The position numbers and the translations under genes were made by a program. This document shows, in pieces, positions 10,972 to 22,900 of a DNA stretch of 64,000 nt. The notes below the pieces were generated by a model, which saw only the letters and a list, made by a program, of their open reading frames with translations, had not been told where the DNA came from and made no database searches. This stretch comes from an uncultured virus (IMG/VR IMGVR_UViG_3300044825_002550) (taxonomy: Duplodnaviria; Heunggongvirae; Uroviricota; Caudoviricetes). The DNA is taken from the IMG/VR virus record IMGVR_UViG_3300044825_002550; one strand, 5' to 3'. Position 1 is the first letter of the stretch. Every line of letters starts with the position of its first letter.

Positions 10972-13900
10972 TTAAATGTAGTTATCGTATTGTTGGTCTA
11001 ATTCCGACATGTTTTCATCGTATAAATTTAATGTACCTAGTATTTGGTTTCTTTCAGTATTAGATACACCCTCTTCAGAAAAGTCTACTTGAGCATAATA
11101 GTAAGAGTCATTATTATCATAGACAATGTCGCTCATAGAGGATATAACAGCTTCTATATAGTTGTTAGTAGCAGCTTGAGAAGACTGTCGTATTTGGTCA
11201 ATAACTCTAAGGGCTATATTGCTTTCGGTATAATCTTCAGTAGGTAATCCAGCCTGGCTATTAGTCATAAGACCAGCAAGACCTAATCCTATTATACCCC
11301 CAGCAAACTCGGCTAAGAATCTACCTTTAACAGTACTAGAGAAACCGTCTTGTAAGTTATCAAAATAATCAACGGCTTGTTTAGTTAGAGCCTGAGAAGC
11401 TTTAAATATACCTTCAAAAGCTACACCAGCTGCCAGCCCTGCTGTAAAGCTATCATTATATTTTAGTTGATTACGAATTCTAGTTACTTGCATTGACTGC
11501 ATAACCCTATGAGATTTTAGTAATTCCTCTGGGCTTGGAGTAGAAAGGGGGCTTGCCATAATACCCATAGCTGTAGGAGACCCTACCATAGACTGGTACA
11601 TATCTAGAGTGCCCGCTGCTATTTGCTCTACTGAGTCTCCAGGGTTTTGCATAATAGCAAATAATGCAGGAATAGCTAGTATACTAAGACCTTCTGACAT
11701 GCTATTAATTCTAGAGGCGGTTTTTCCTAGTACTACTCTTGCTTGTTCATTCTGTTCTTTTTGTACTTGTTTAGTGTGCGTGGCTATTGTTTGCTCTAAT
11801 TTATTTACTAGGTCCTCTGCACCACTATCCACACCTAAATTTCTAAATTCATTTATTAACGCCTGTCTATTGTCTTGTGGTCTAAACAACATATTTTCTA
11901 GTTCTAGTCCCCTTTCCCTTAATCTTTTTTCATCTTCATCTGATAACTCTGGGCTTCTTAACTTCTCTCCTATATCTATCATCTCTGTAGTTAACTGCTG
12001 AACAGCGTAACTGAATGCATTTGTCTCAGCTGCGTAATCTACAGATGATTTATTTAAATGCTTAATTGTAGATAAATCTTGCTTAAACTCTGTATACTTA
12101 GCTATTTCTTTGTCTAAGTCTACTCCTGTAGTGGTTTGTTTTTTAAGTTCATGCGCTCTAGAAACTAACTCTTCTATCTGTAAAGACTGCCTATCAAATT
12201 CTGATAATTTATCTGACTCAGACAAACTCTCATCTATACTTGAAAACGTAAGGGCATCTAGATTGGCTATTAAGTCTGTATCACCTTGGGCATAATTTAG
12301 TTTAGTATGTTCTTTAGCTAGTTGTAACCTCTGGTCAAAAGTAGCTTTATGTGTACCTGCTTGTTTATAAGCGTTGGTAAACTCTGTTTCATCTACACCA
12401 GTGGGTGTAATTAAATTAGGAGAGAATAAACTGTCTGCATTATTAATACCGGCTAAGCTATATAGTAAGTTATCATACATAGAGGAATCGCCGGCTGCCT
12501 TTTTAGCATCAGCTGTTTGTTTTAGTTCTGCTAGTTTAGGAATAATAGTAGCAAAGAATCCTGTAAATAAATTAAGGTCTGTATGCCCACTACCCAGTCT
12601 ATTAGCAAACGCTGTGCTATATAACCCTAGTTCCTGTTCTAATTGGTCAACTCCAGGTAGGTTATTAGCTTTCATATTCTGTATAGTGCTATGTAACCCT
12701 TTTAGTTGCTGTAACCCCTTTATAAAAGACTCAGAATCCTGTTCTATGTTTTTGGAGATTAGCGCCTCCATTGCCGTTTGATAAACTATACCTTCGTCAG
12801 ACTTACCTCCTGCACTTAACGCTTTTATAGCAGTTGATACTGCATCCGAACGTTCTGTTAATTTTTTATAATATTCCTCTCTAAATTCTTCAGCATCTTT
12901 ATCTCCGCTCGTATACTCTCTAAATAAAGATTTTTCTTTTAGGTAGTCCTCTGTAATTTTATTTAGTTTAGTATCTCTATCACTTAGGATATTTCCTTCT
13001 CTATCTAACCCGTAATACTCTAGTAATTCATAGCCTTTATTAAACTGTTCTTTCCTGTTAGCTAAGTCTACAGAAACGTTGCTCACAGTATATTTTAGTT
13101 GAAAGTCTGAGTACAAATTTGCTATGTATTTAGTTATAAAATCATCACTAGTATAGCCTTCGTATTCTTTGCTAGATTGTGCACTCTTTAAAGCAGTCGA
13201 TAAGGGGCTATTATTTATAAGGTCATCTGCTGTCTTATATTTACCTGATAAGTAATCAGTTACTATCTGTAAAGCTGCAAAGGACCTTAAAGTTGATAGC
13301 GCTTCATCATCTTTATACATTTGAGCTGCTATTAGAGGTTCTCCTACTTTTGTGGAGAGAAATCTGTTTAATAGCTCTTCTCTGAATTTATTAGCATTCT
13401 TAGGGTCGTTTGCTTCTTCTATTGCTCTAATAATACTTGTTAACCCTTGGAGCTTTTCTGCTTTTTCTTTATCTATATTGTATTCCGAGGCTATTTTCGG
13501 GTCAATTGTATATGTATCAACTGCTTCTAAGAGAGACTTAGGCCCACTTTTTCCAGAAGTGTCTCCTTTTCTTTCCTTAGGTTTTAATCCTGCGTCTCTA
13601 ATAAACTGTTGTGTTGTAGTTACAAACCGCATAGCTACTTCGATGTCTTTTTCAGCTTGCAGCTGGGCTATCTTTGCTTTTGCTGAATACTGCCCAGTTA
13701 GTAACTGTTCTTTTAAGTTATTCAGCTCTGCTATAGGTACAGAAGGTATACTTAAAGTTGAAGAAGCACTTGTTTGAGCCATAATTCCAGCAGCTAAAGC
13801 TAACCTGTAAGATTTATCTTCTTTGCTGCTTAAAGCTTTTAAAGCTCCAATATTAGCCATTTGCAATGCTATTAGAGGTACTACTGTGTTATACGTAGTT

Positions 13901-16900
13901 CCTAGTAATCCCCCGGTTGACGTTCCTATAATAGCTTGCAGCTCTTGTAGTGTTTGGTCGTTAATTATGCTTCCCTGGGCTGATTTTAGTATTTTACTTG
14001 TAATTGTACTAGTAGCAGCTCCTAATTGCGCTACAGTAGCTATTTCAGTTTGTACATATTTAACTAAGGGAGCCATTAAGTCTTCCTGAGTAGCTTTATT
14101 GCTTTTTGCTTGTATTATAGTACGCTGTTGTCTTGTTAAGTCTTCTAGTAAGTTTTGCTCTTCCGCAGTAAGATCACTTTCCTCTTTACCTAAGAAAGTT
14201 AGATATTGCTGTAGGGTTCTAAACTCTTCGCTATCACGAGATACACCTTCAAACCCAGAGAGTAACCTACGCCTTATATCATTTGAATGAATAGAGTTTA
14301 GTCTAGCTTGTTGTTGTGCTTCTGTAGTACCCTCGGTTAAAAATCTTAAACTAGAAAGGAATTTTGGAGATAATTGTTGAGTGGCAGTCATTACTGAACC
14401 TACATGGTCAGCAGCTCCTATAGTGTCTCTAAACTGTTTTACAAACGTTTGAAGATGTATATCTTTTATAAATTTGCTATCTCCTATTAGTTCTTCAGGT
14501 AATGCTGAGTAAACTCTAGCAAAAGTTCTAATACCTTTTTTAGCTCTGCTAACTGCGTTATTTCTAATAAGCTCAAACTGTTTTAGAGCTTCATTATGCT
14601 GACGCGTTAGGTTTTCTAATTTATGTTCTTCTTCTTGTATATCTTGTCTTCTAACTTCTTGAGCCAACTCTTTAGCTGTATCATTATTTTCTATTCTTGG
14701 CTGATGCTTTAGACTAATTCTATCTTGTAGTTCTTTTATCTTTTGACTTTGTTCTTTTATTCTTCGGGTTAGTACCGCCATTTGCGTTACAGCGCTCTGG
14801 AAACTATCCCCGTCGTTATCTCCTAGTTGGGTATAATGCGTACCTAAAGCCGACATTAAAACTAAAGTGTTACTGCCCTCCTCCGCCGGGCTAATATTAG
14901 TATTTAATATATCTGCCCTCTCTCTTAACTCTTCTACTGTGCGTGTCTCATTTAACAAGGTTCCTGTCTCGGACAATAAACTAGTACCGCTAGGAGACCC
15001 AGCCCTCAGCGTTGTAGCAAACGTTATGCTTCCTTTTATTTTGTTCTTGTTCTGTTCATAACTTCTTTTAGCTTCCTCTTGTGTCTCTGCTACTCTTGCA
15101 GCGTTCATGCCCTCTGCGTCTGTAGCTAAGACTAACTTTAATATAAAATCATTTATCTGGTCTACAGATAGGTATTTGTTATTTGTATACCTTGCTATCT
15201 GATCTATATGACTCTTTGTTATCTCTAAGTCTACTGGCATTGCTGCCGTTTCTCCTCCTCTCAAATAATATTCTCTCTTTATTAGATTGTATTCCTCAAC
15301 CCCTTTGTTTAAAATTTCTTCTCCTACTTCCCTTCTAAATAATGTTTCACTATTTATAACCCCTCTGTCTATTGTTGTATCTATGCTGCTAGTCAGCATA
15401 CGCGCTACTGCTTTTTCTTCATTTGTCAGCTCGCTATACTTCTTATATTTTGTGTAAGTCGTTTCTTTATATCCTTCTCTTTGTACTTTTAACTCCGCTT
15501 TTTGCTGCTCTAGCCTAGCTCTTTCAGCATCTCTACCCTCCTCTAACCTGGCTATTTCTCTCTCTTTATCTCTTATTTCTTTACTTAATCTTTTATACTC
15601 TTTGTAGTTACTGTATCTTACTTCTTTTCTGTATAAGCTTTTAAGGTCTCTCTTAGAACTTCTTAGGGTACTTAACTGACTTCTAATATCATTTATTCTT
15701 TCTGTCTCATCTGCAATCTCGCTCCTTTCAGAATCTAACTGAATATTAAGTGCTTCTATCCTGCGCTCCATAGCGCTTTCTAATCTAGTAATAGTTTGGT
15801 TGAGTTGAGCAATTTGTTGCTCATACCTATTAATAACTGCTTGCCTTCTATTTATACGTTCTCTATAACTTTGTTCTTCTTGTTGTTGAGCTAGTAACAG
15901 ATTTGATCTTCTAGTATCAGCAGTTAAAGTAAAGTCATTTATTCTAGCTTGACGATTGTCAAGTAGACGTTGTCTAATCTGTTGGTCATTATAGGTTCCT
16001 TCTTGGATTAAGCTAGCCCTTAATATTGTATTTTCTTGCTCTATACTTCTTAATAAAGATTTTCTATCTTGTCTTATTTGATTGTTTAAGTCTGTTGTTT
16101 GCCTTCTATGTCTTGTAGACATATCGCGCTCTAAGGTAGATATCGTATTTTGAGATCTTGTAATCAAAGACCTTATATTGGCCGACTTTTGTAGCTTATC
16201 TTCTATATTTCCTATATAAAGGGCTAAGATATCTGTGTTAGTATTTAAATTTAGTTGTGATTCTAATCTTCTTATATTACCCTCTATTTCTTCTATGAGG
16301 TATATTTGACTTTGAGCAGCGTTTGGTAGTCTACTTGGAACGCGTCCAGAAGGTGTTTCTATAAAACTATTAGTTTGTTGCTCAGCACTTAATTGAGCAT
16401 AATTTCTTCTTGCTATCTCTAATAATCCCCTTTGCGTTAGCAGTTCTTGTTGTAGTGTACTATCAAGGTTTGTTATCTGTTCTATATTTGATATAATAAC
16501 GTTATACGAAGGTAGCTCTCGAGTTCTTGACTCAAGTTGTCTTATATTACCCTGTATTTCTTCTATAAGGTATATATAACTTTGAGCAGCGTTTGGTAGT
16601 CTACTCGGAAAGCGCCCAGAAGGTGTTTCTATAAAACTATTAGTTTGTTGCTCAGCAGTTAATTGAGCATAATTTCTTCTTGCTATCTCTAATAATTCTC
16701 TTTGCCTTACCAGTTCTGCATTAGTATGTAACTGTGAGATTATTGGAGATTGTGATGCAGCATAACTTAAAATATCAGCTAGCTGCTGTTCTCTTCTTTC
16801 TTGTCTTAATCTTGGATTAAGTATACTAGGTTGCGAGCGTGTATTTCTTAGATTACGTATAACGGTTAGAGAATTAGAGTAGACGTTAACATTATCCTGT

Positions 16901-19900
16901 CTTGTTTGTATTTCTAGGTTACGCTGGTCTCTATTAGCTATGCCTGTGTTTAGTCTTTCTGTATTATCTGTAATTTGTTGTTCTATACTACTTAACTCTT
17001 CTCTATATTGTTGTGCTGTTTTTGTATCATCCCCAGTATAATATCTTATAGAGTTATTAGCAATAGAAGACCCTGGTTGTTTCTTTGCTTCTAATAGTAT
17101 AGTTTCTGTTCTTTCTTCTCCTGTTGTAGTAATACGTTTTAGTCTTACATTATTCCGGTCATCTTTATCAATTATTACGTAGTTATTATCAGAGTAAGCT
17201 GAACTTCCATAAACAAATGACTTTAGTGCATCATTTGAGTCAATAAGAGTATTTAATGCATCAAGGTCATAGTTTTTACCTCTTAGTCTTCTTTCTACAC
17301 TCCCTTTAGCTTCCTTAAACTTTTTATTAAGTTTAAAGGACACATCTGAGATGTTTTTAGTTAATATTTCAGGTGTATTAGTATCCTGTGAAATTTCCTC
17401 AAATTTAGACCCAGCGGCTATTTCATGGCTACTTAGAAGAAAAGAACTCATAGCAATAGAGCTAAACCCTACCAGTTTTAGTCTATCTGAACCCGCCTGC
17501 CGTATTGTTTCTTGGTTATTTATTAGGTCCATTGTTGTAGCTTGAGTCTGCAGCAAAAGCGTTTGAAGATTCTCATATTGCTTTTTCTCTTCAGCACTTA
17601 TAGTAGGCAGATTATCTAAGCTAGCCGGATTTAATAGTTGATGGTCTGCTATTCTTTTTAGTAGAGGTGCTGTTTCTTCTAGCGCGTATCTTAGTCTGAT
17701 TTGTGCTACTAGTGCATCATGGCTTTGACCTTGAAATACTAAAGATAATTTTTCCAGGAGGTCTAATCCCAGTAAAATCCCATGTGTACCTGTTTGTTTG
17801 CTATCTGGTGAATAAAACACATCATATTTACCAGATTCTGTTGTACTCAAACCTATATAAAGCGCGGGTAATGTTACCAACTGTGTACTAGTCACACTCT
17901 TATATAGCGATTCTGCTCTTTCTCGTTGTTCTGTATTTAATGAGCTTGTGCTACTTATATTCTTTAGTAGTTTACTATATGACCTAAGACTTTCAAGACT
18001 TTGATTTACATATTCTGTCCCTATTGATGTACCTTTAGCACTTTCTATTCTACTTCTTAATTGTTCTCTATATACTGTAAATACTCCCGCGTCTTCTAGA
18101 CGCTCTTTAGTTAAAAACGTATCTATATCAGCAGCAGTTGCTCCACTATCATATAAGGATGTAAAAAGACTTACATAATATTCTTCAGGTACAGATACAG
18201 TTCCTTTTAGTTTTTGATACTGCAGAGCAAACCTGACCAATGTATTTGTATCAGTACTTGGTAACCTGGTTCTAAATAAGGTAATTAATTGAAGTGTATC
18301 TCGAATCTTGTTTTTTTGCGCATTATCTGATAACAAGGTATCGAGCATTATATCTTCTATCTTGCTTAATCTAAGGCTTGTGCTGTCTTCTTGTGCCTCA
18401 CTTGCTCTGTTACTTAATAGTCCTAGTAATATATTTTTAGTGTTGCTTAGTTCTGATAAAGCCACGTTTGATTTTTCGTTGTCCCCCAGAACATAATTTA
18501 GGATAGCCTCTTTTGCTAAGCTAGTAGTTTTGTTATCTGTATTAACAATTGTAGGTAAACCTTTATCTGCTTGTTCTGTATAAGCTGTTGTAAATTTAGA
18601 TATAAATTCTAAAGGACTACCAGTATGGCCAATAAGGGCTAAGTTATTGGCTTGTATTTTGTATTTAGTTTTAGCTTTTGTAGGGTCAATAAGTTCTCCT
18701 TCTACAATACTACCAAGCATGAGTACAGCTTGTTGTATATTAAGAATGTCTTCGCTTTCTTTATGTCTATCGGTGTACAAACCCATTTGGTTTTTAGTCA
18801 GTTCGTACATATACTGACCTTCCATTTTGGTCATATTTTGCATACCAATAGCCACTGCAATACGGCTAGGCATTTGCTCTACACCAAACTCCAAAAAGCG
18901 GTTTAAACGTAAGATTGTATCAAGCTGCTGAAGTCCTAACTGTAACTCTCTTATCTTTGTTTTTCTTTTGTCTTCTTCTAATTTTTGTATCTCTTCTGGA
19001 GTAGGTAAGTGTATATTTAACACTGAACCTATTACCTGTACAGATTGTATTAAAGCTAATACTGCAGCTTTATTTTTACTTTCTAAATTATTATTTGAGT
19101 AGTAATGTTCTATGTTATCCCCTTGTAGGAAGTACCCCGCGTTTATCTCACTTATTGATTTACCTGTTAATCTGTTTTTTATATTTATGTTTCTAAACAA
19201 GTCTTGAGAGGCTTTAGTAAAGAAGGCTAATACACTAGCTGTTCTAGTAGATTCATCATTAAATATAAACCTGTTGTTATAGTTAAAGCTGTTAGGGTTA
19301 CTTCTAGCGGTTTCAAAAAGTTTAATTGACTGTGTTTTTATATGAGAAAGTGCTGCCGTATCACCGCGTAAAGCGTCCGCTACAGTTTTTATTAGAGCCT
19401 GAGATATATCTGGTGTATCTTTAGCTAGTTCTTGTTTTACATATGCAGGTAGAGCTAAACTAGAAAGTTCTCCAAATACTGTAAACGTAGGTTCAAGATT
19501 ATCAGTTTTAGTAGCTGTATCTCCCAGTTTACGTTTAGGTAATTTCATTTTTTTAGCATAGTCGTGCTTTGCTAATATATCAAGTGCTTTTGCAGCTTGA
19601 GTCTTACTATCCTGCTGATTTAAAGATGTAGCAAGTAATTGCATTATAGTATCACTCCCCGCTTTTTCACCCAGCATCATTAAAGCTAAGCCTTCTGCTA
19701 ATGCTTTGGACCCATCTGTTTTTTTTATTTCTTTCAGGAAAGATGAGTCTTTATCCTCTATAAGCATTAACCCCTGCTCAAAGTTAAACCCTTTTATTTG
19801 TGACGGGGAGAGAATAGCGTATATGTCTTGCTTTCTTATTCTTTGTGGTAGTAATGTATCTAGTTTTCTTTCTTCTTGTTCTTTTTTAAGTTGCTCGAAT

Positions 19901-22900
19901 ATTCTGCTTTCTAATAAGTACGCTGGACCTTTACTTGTATCACTCCCAGGACGTAAGTTTGATACCATATCGCGCCGCGTGGCTGTTGTTAACTCTAATT
20001 GTATACTCGATGCCCCTGAGTGATATATATATGGATTCTCTACTAAAAAGCTTACCCCTCTATATTCCCTTGCTGATGTTGCTGGTAACTTAAATTTTAT
20101 ATACTCTTGTCTTCTTCTCTGCCCATCTTGTTTTGTATACTGGCTAAACGCATTTATTGTAAAATACCCGGCGTTTATATCTATATCTCCTATGCGCCTT
20201 ACACTCTTTAACCTATCTAATATATTATTACTACTACTACTAACAGGTGAGTAAACACCTCCTTTATAGTAAAAACTATTAGTATCTCCTCTAAAGTTTA
20301 CACTTTCGTAAGTAAGTCCTAACAACTTATTTATTACGTTAAGCTGTCTTCTGTCCAGGTTTCTTACATCTTCAAACCTAGTAATAGTCGTCGCATCTCC
20401 GTACTCTCCAAACTTTGCTATTAAGTTTCTTAGCGTGTTTGATAATTTACTACTTTCTAAACCTAATCTACTAGCAATATCATCCGCACTTATATTGCTT
20501 ATTAATAAATTAGCTACATTTACAGTCTCTTGTTTTAGAGCTGTTTTTACGTTTTCATTTACTATTAGCTGGTCTTTATGTATAAAGCTTGTTCCTTGCT
20601 TTAAATGCTTTTCAATGTCTGCTTTAAAACTAGTGTTTCCTAATAAATTAGCGCTGTCTAGACTAATGTTAGTCACATGATATTGTACATATTCTGGTCT
20701 TGTCTTATTATTTCCTGCTTCGTATCTAAACCCTTCATTAACATACGAAAAGTCAGACATAGTTGATATGCCGATGGACTGTAGAACGCGCTTGGGGGCT
20801 TTACCTCCAAGAAACCCTCTAACTAGTAGTTGGGAGTTAGCGTAATCTACCTTTAGCTTCTGTAGTATAGTAACAGCATCCTCTCCTGTGTTTAACCTAT
20901 CCTGTATAATTCTAAATTGGTGCGGCGCTAAGCTCGTAAGAAACGTATTATCAATTAGCGTCTCAGGATTACTTAACACATCTCCTATGGCGCTGTCTGC
21001 CCCTAAAGTATCTGCTGCTAATCCAAATTTATACGACGCTGATTCTACCGGTCTTGTACTCTGTAAGTTTCTCATCCGTTCTGGAATCTGTTCTGTTACT
21101 CTATATGGAAAGTACATAACAGTCTCATTATCTATATCCCCAGATACATTTTTATTTATACTGAATAACTCATTAGTCATTGCATCTACTATGCGGGTTA
21201 TTTCTTCTTTTGTATAGCCTTGGTTCTTTAGGCTTTTTCTTACTTGGTTTTTGTACTCTTTCTTGTTTATAACCGACAACCCTCTCATAGTCTGCATCAT
21301 TAAATGCGTCTGTCTTATAGTTACTGCCCCCTCCGCTACGTTATATATCCCACCTAAGTTATCGTATAACTCAGGTTTTATAAACCTCTTGTGGTCAGCT
21401 TTTCCTCTTATAAATCCTTTCCCATCTACTTCAAGAGTCTCTCCGTGTCTTAAAGGATGAGGGCTTAATAGTAAGTCTAGGGTACCTTGTTCTTCAGCTA
21501 AGTCATATATATCATCGTTTATACCATATACAGGTCTTTTAAACATAGCTTGGCCCATAGAGTATCTTAACTCATGCGGCTGCATAAAAGGACTTGTTAT
21601 TTGGTTAAACATTTCTGTTTTGATTCTTCTTATTCTATTGTCGTAAAAGACTTGCGCCCTTCTGTCACTTTTTACCATTAACCTCTGTATATCAGAAAAC
21701 ATAGTAGCGGTTTCTTTATTAGACCTAGTATTTTCTATAATATCTAATAGCTCTGCTACTATTGCATCTCCTTGATTTCTAGCATCTAACGGTTTTTTAA
21801 AGAAGTCCGCTGCTGTTTTATCCTTGTACAAATTACTTATAAGGTCTCCTCTAGCTTTTAGATGAGAAGGATTCATACCAGGGACAGCATATACTTTATC
21901 ATACGTTTTTAGCCTATTAAGAGTGTCTGTAAGTATTTTTTGTTTTAGGTTATTATTAATAGATTGAGATTGTAATTGCATAAGAAGAGCGCTAAAATTC
22001 TTCTCTCTTGATGTAAGAGAAGGAAAATGCTTATTCATTTCAAGACTAAGAATTGTCCCTAATATTTTTTGTAGTGCAGTTGTTTTATCTGCAGCAGTCA
22101 TAATATTAAGCGCTTGGTTTATAGATCCCCGCGTAGCTTCAAAAGTCAACATATGTCTCATAGTGTTAACCAAGCCTCCTACTACCTCAAGAGCATTAAA
22201 GGTTTGTTGTCCTCTTGGGTTTATTGTTTTATCTCCTAACACTTTCAGCGCGCGGCTACTGTTATTCACAAATGTCATGCCGTTTATTACTCTTCCTGTT
22301 TTTGATAAGTACGCTACCGGCTCTACTTGTCCACTTATCCCTCTCTCTTCTCCTAATGTTACCGAAAAACTATACCCCGGTAACTCCCCATTTAATGACC
22401 CTATACTTATATCTACACCTATACGTTTATAAGTATTTGGGTCGTAGATTATTGTGTAAGAAAACTCTTTACCTTTAGGAGTACCTTCAGTAGAGTATAC
22501 TCCCCCCATTTTTTTTAGAATACTAATTAGTTCATCTGTTTGTTGTTGACTTCCTCTTCTCTGTGTAGGAGAACTAAGATTAGCTCCTCTGTTTAACTTA
22601 GAAAAGTTACTCACACCGTAGTAGTAATAGTCTGCTATTTCTTGTTGTTCTTTATCTGTTAAGCCCCCTACTGTGTTTTTGTCTAACATCATAAACACTT
22701 CAAGGTTATCTTTATAAGCTTTATAGCTTAAGTTGCTAGAACCAATACCATATTGTAAAAGTTTTAGGTCTTGCGCATTACTATCATCTATAACTGCAAA
22801 GCTTTTACTATGCGCAAATCTAGTAGGCAAAATAGAAAAGGATTTATGTTCTAACAATACCTTCATAGTATTCTTAGCTAAGTGATATAAATCATCACCA

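Noticed and set aside
15010..17420. Intein within the putative polymerase barrel
   Set aside because: No splice-junction or homing-endonuclease motifs were noticed; the insert is coiled-coil-like.
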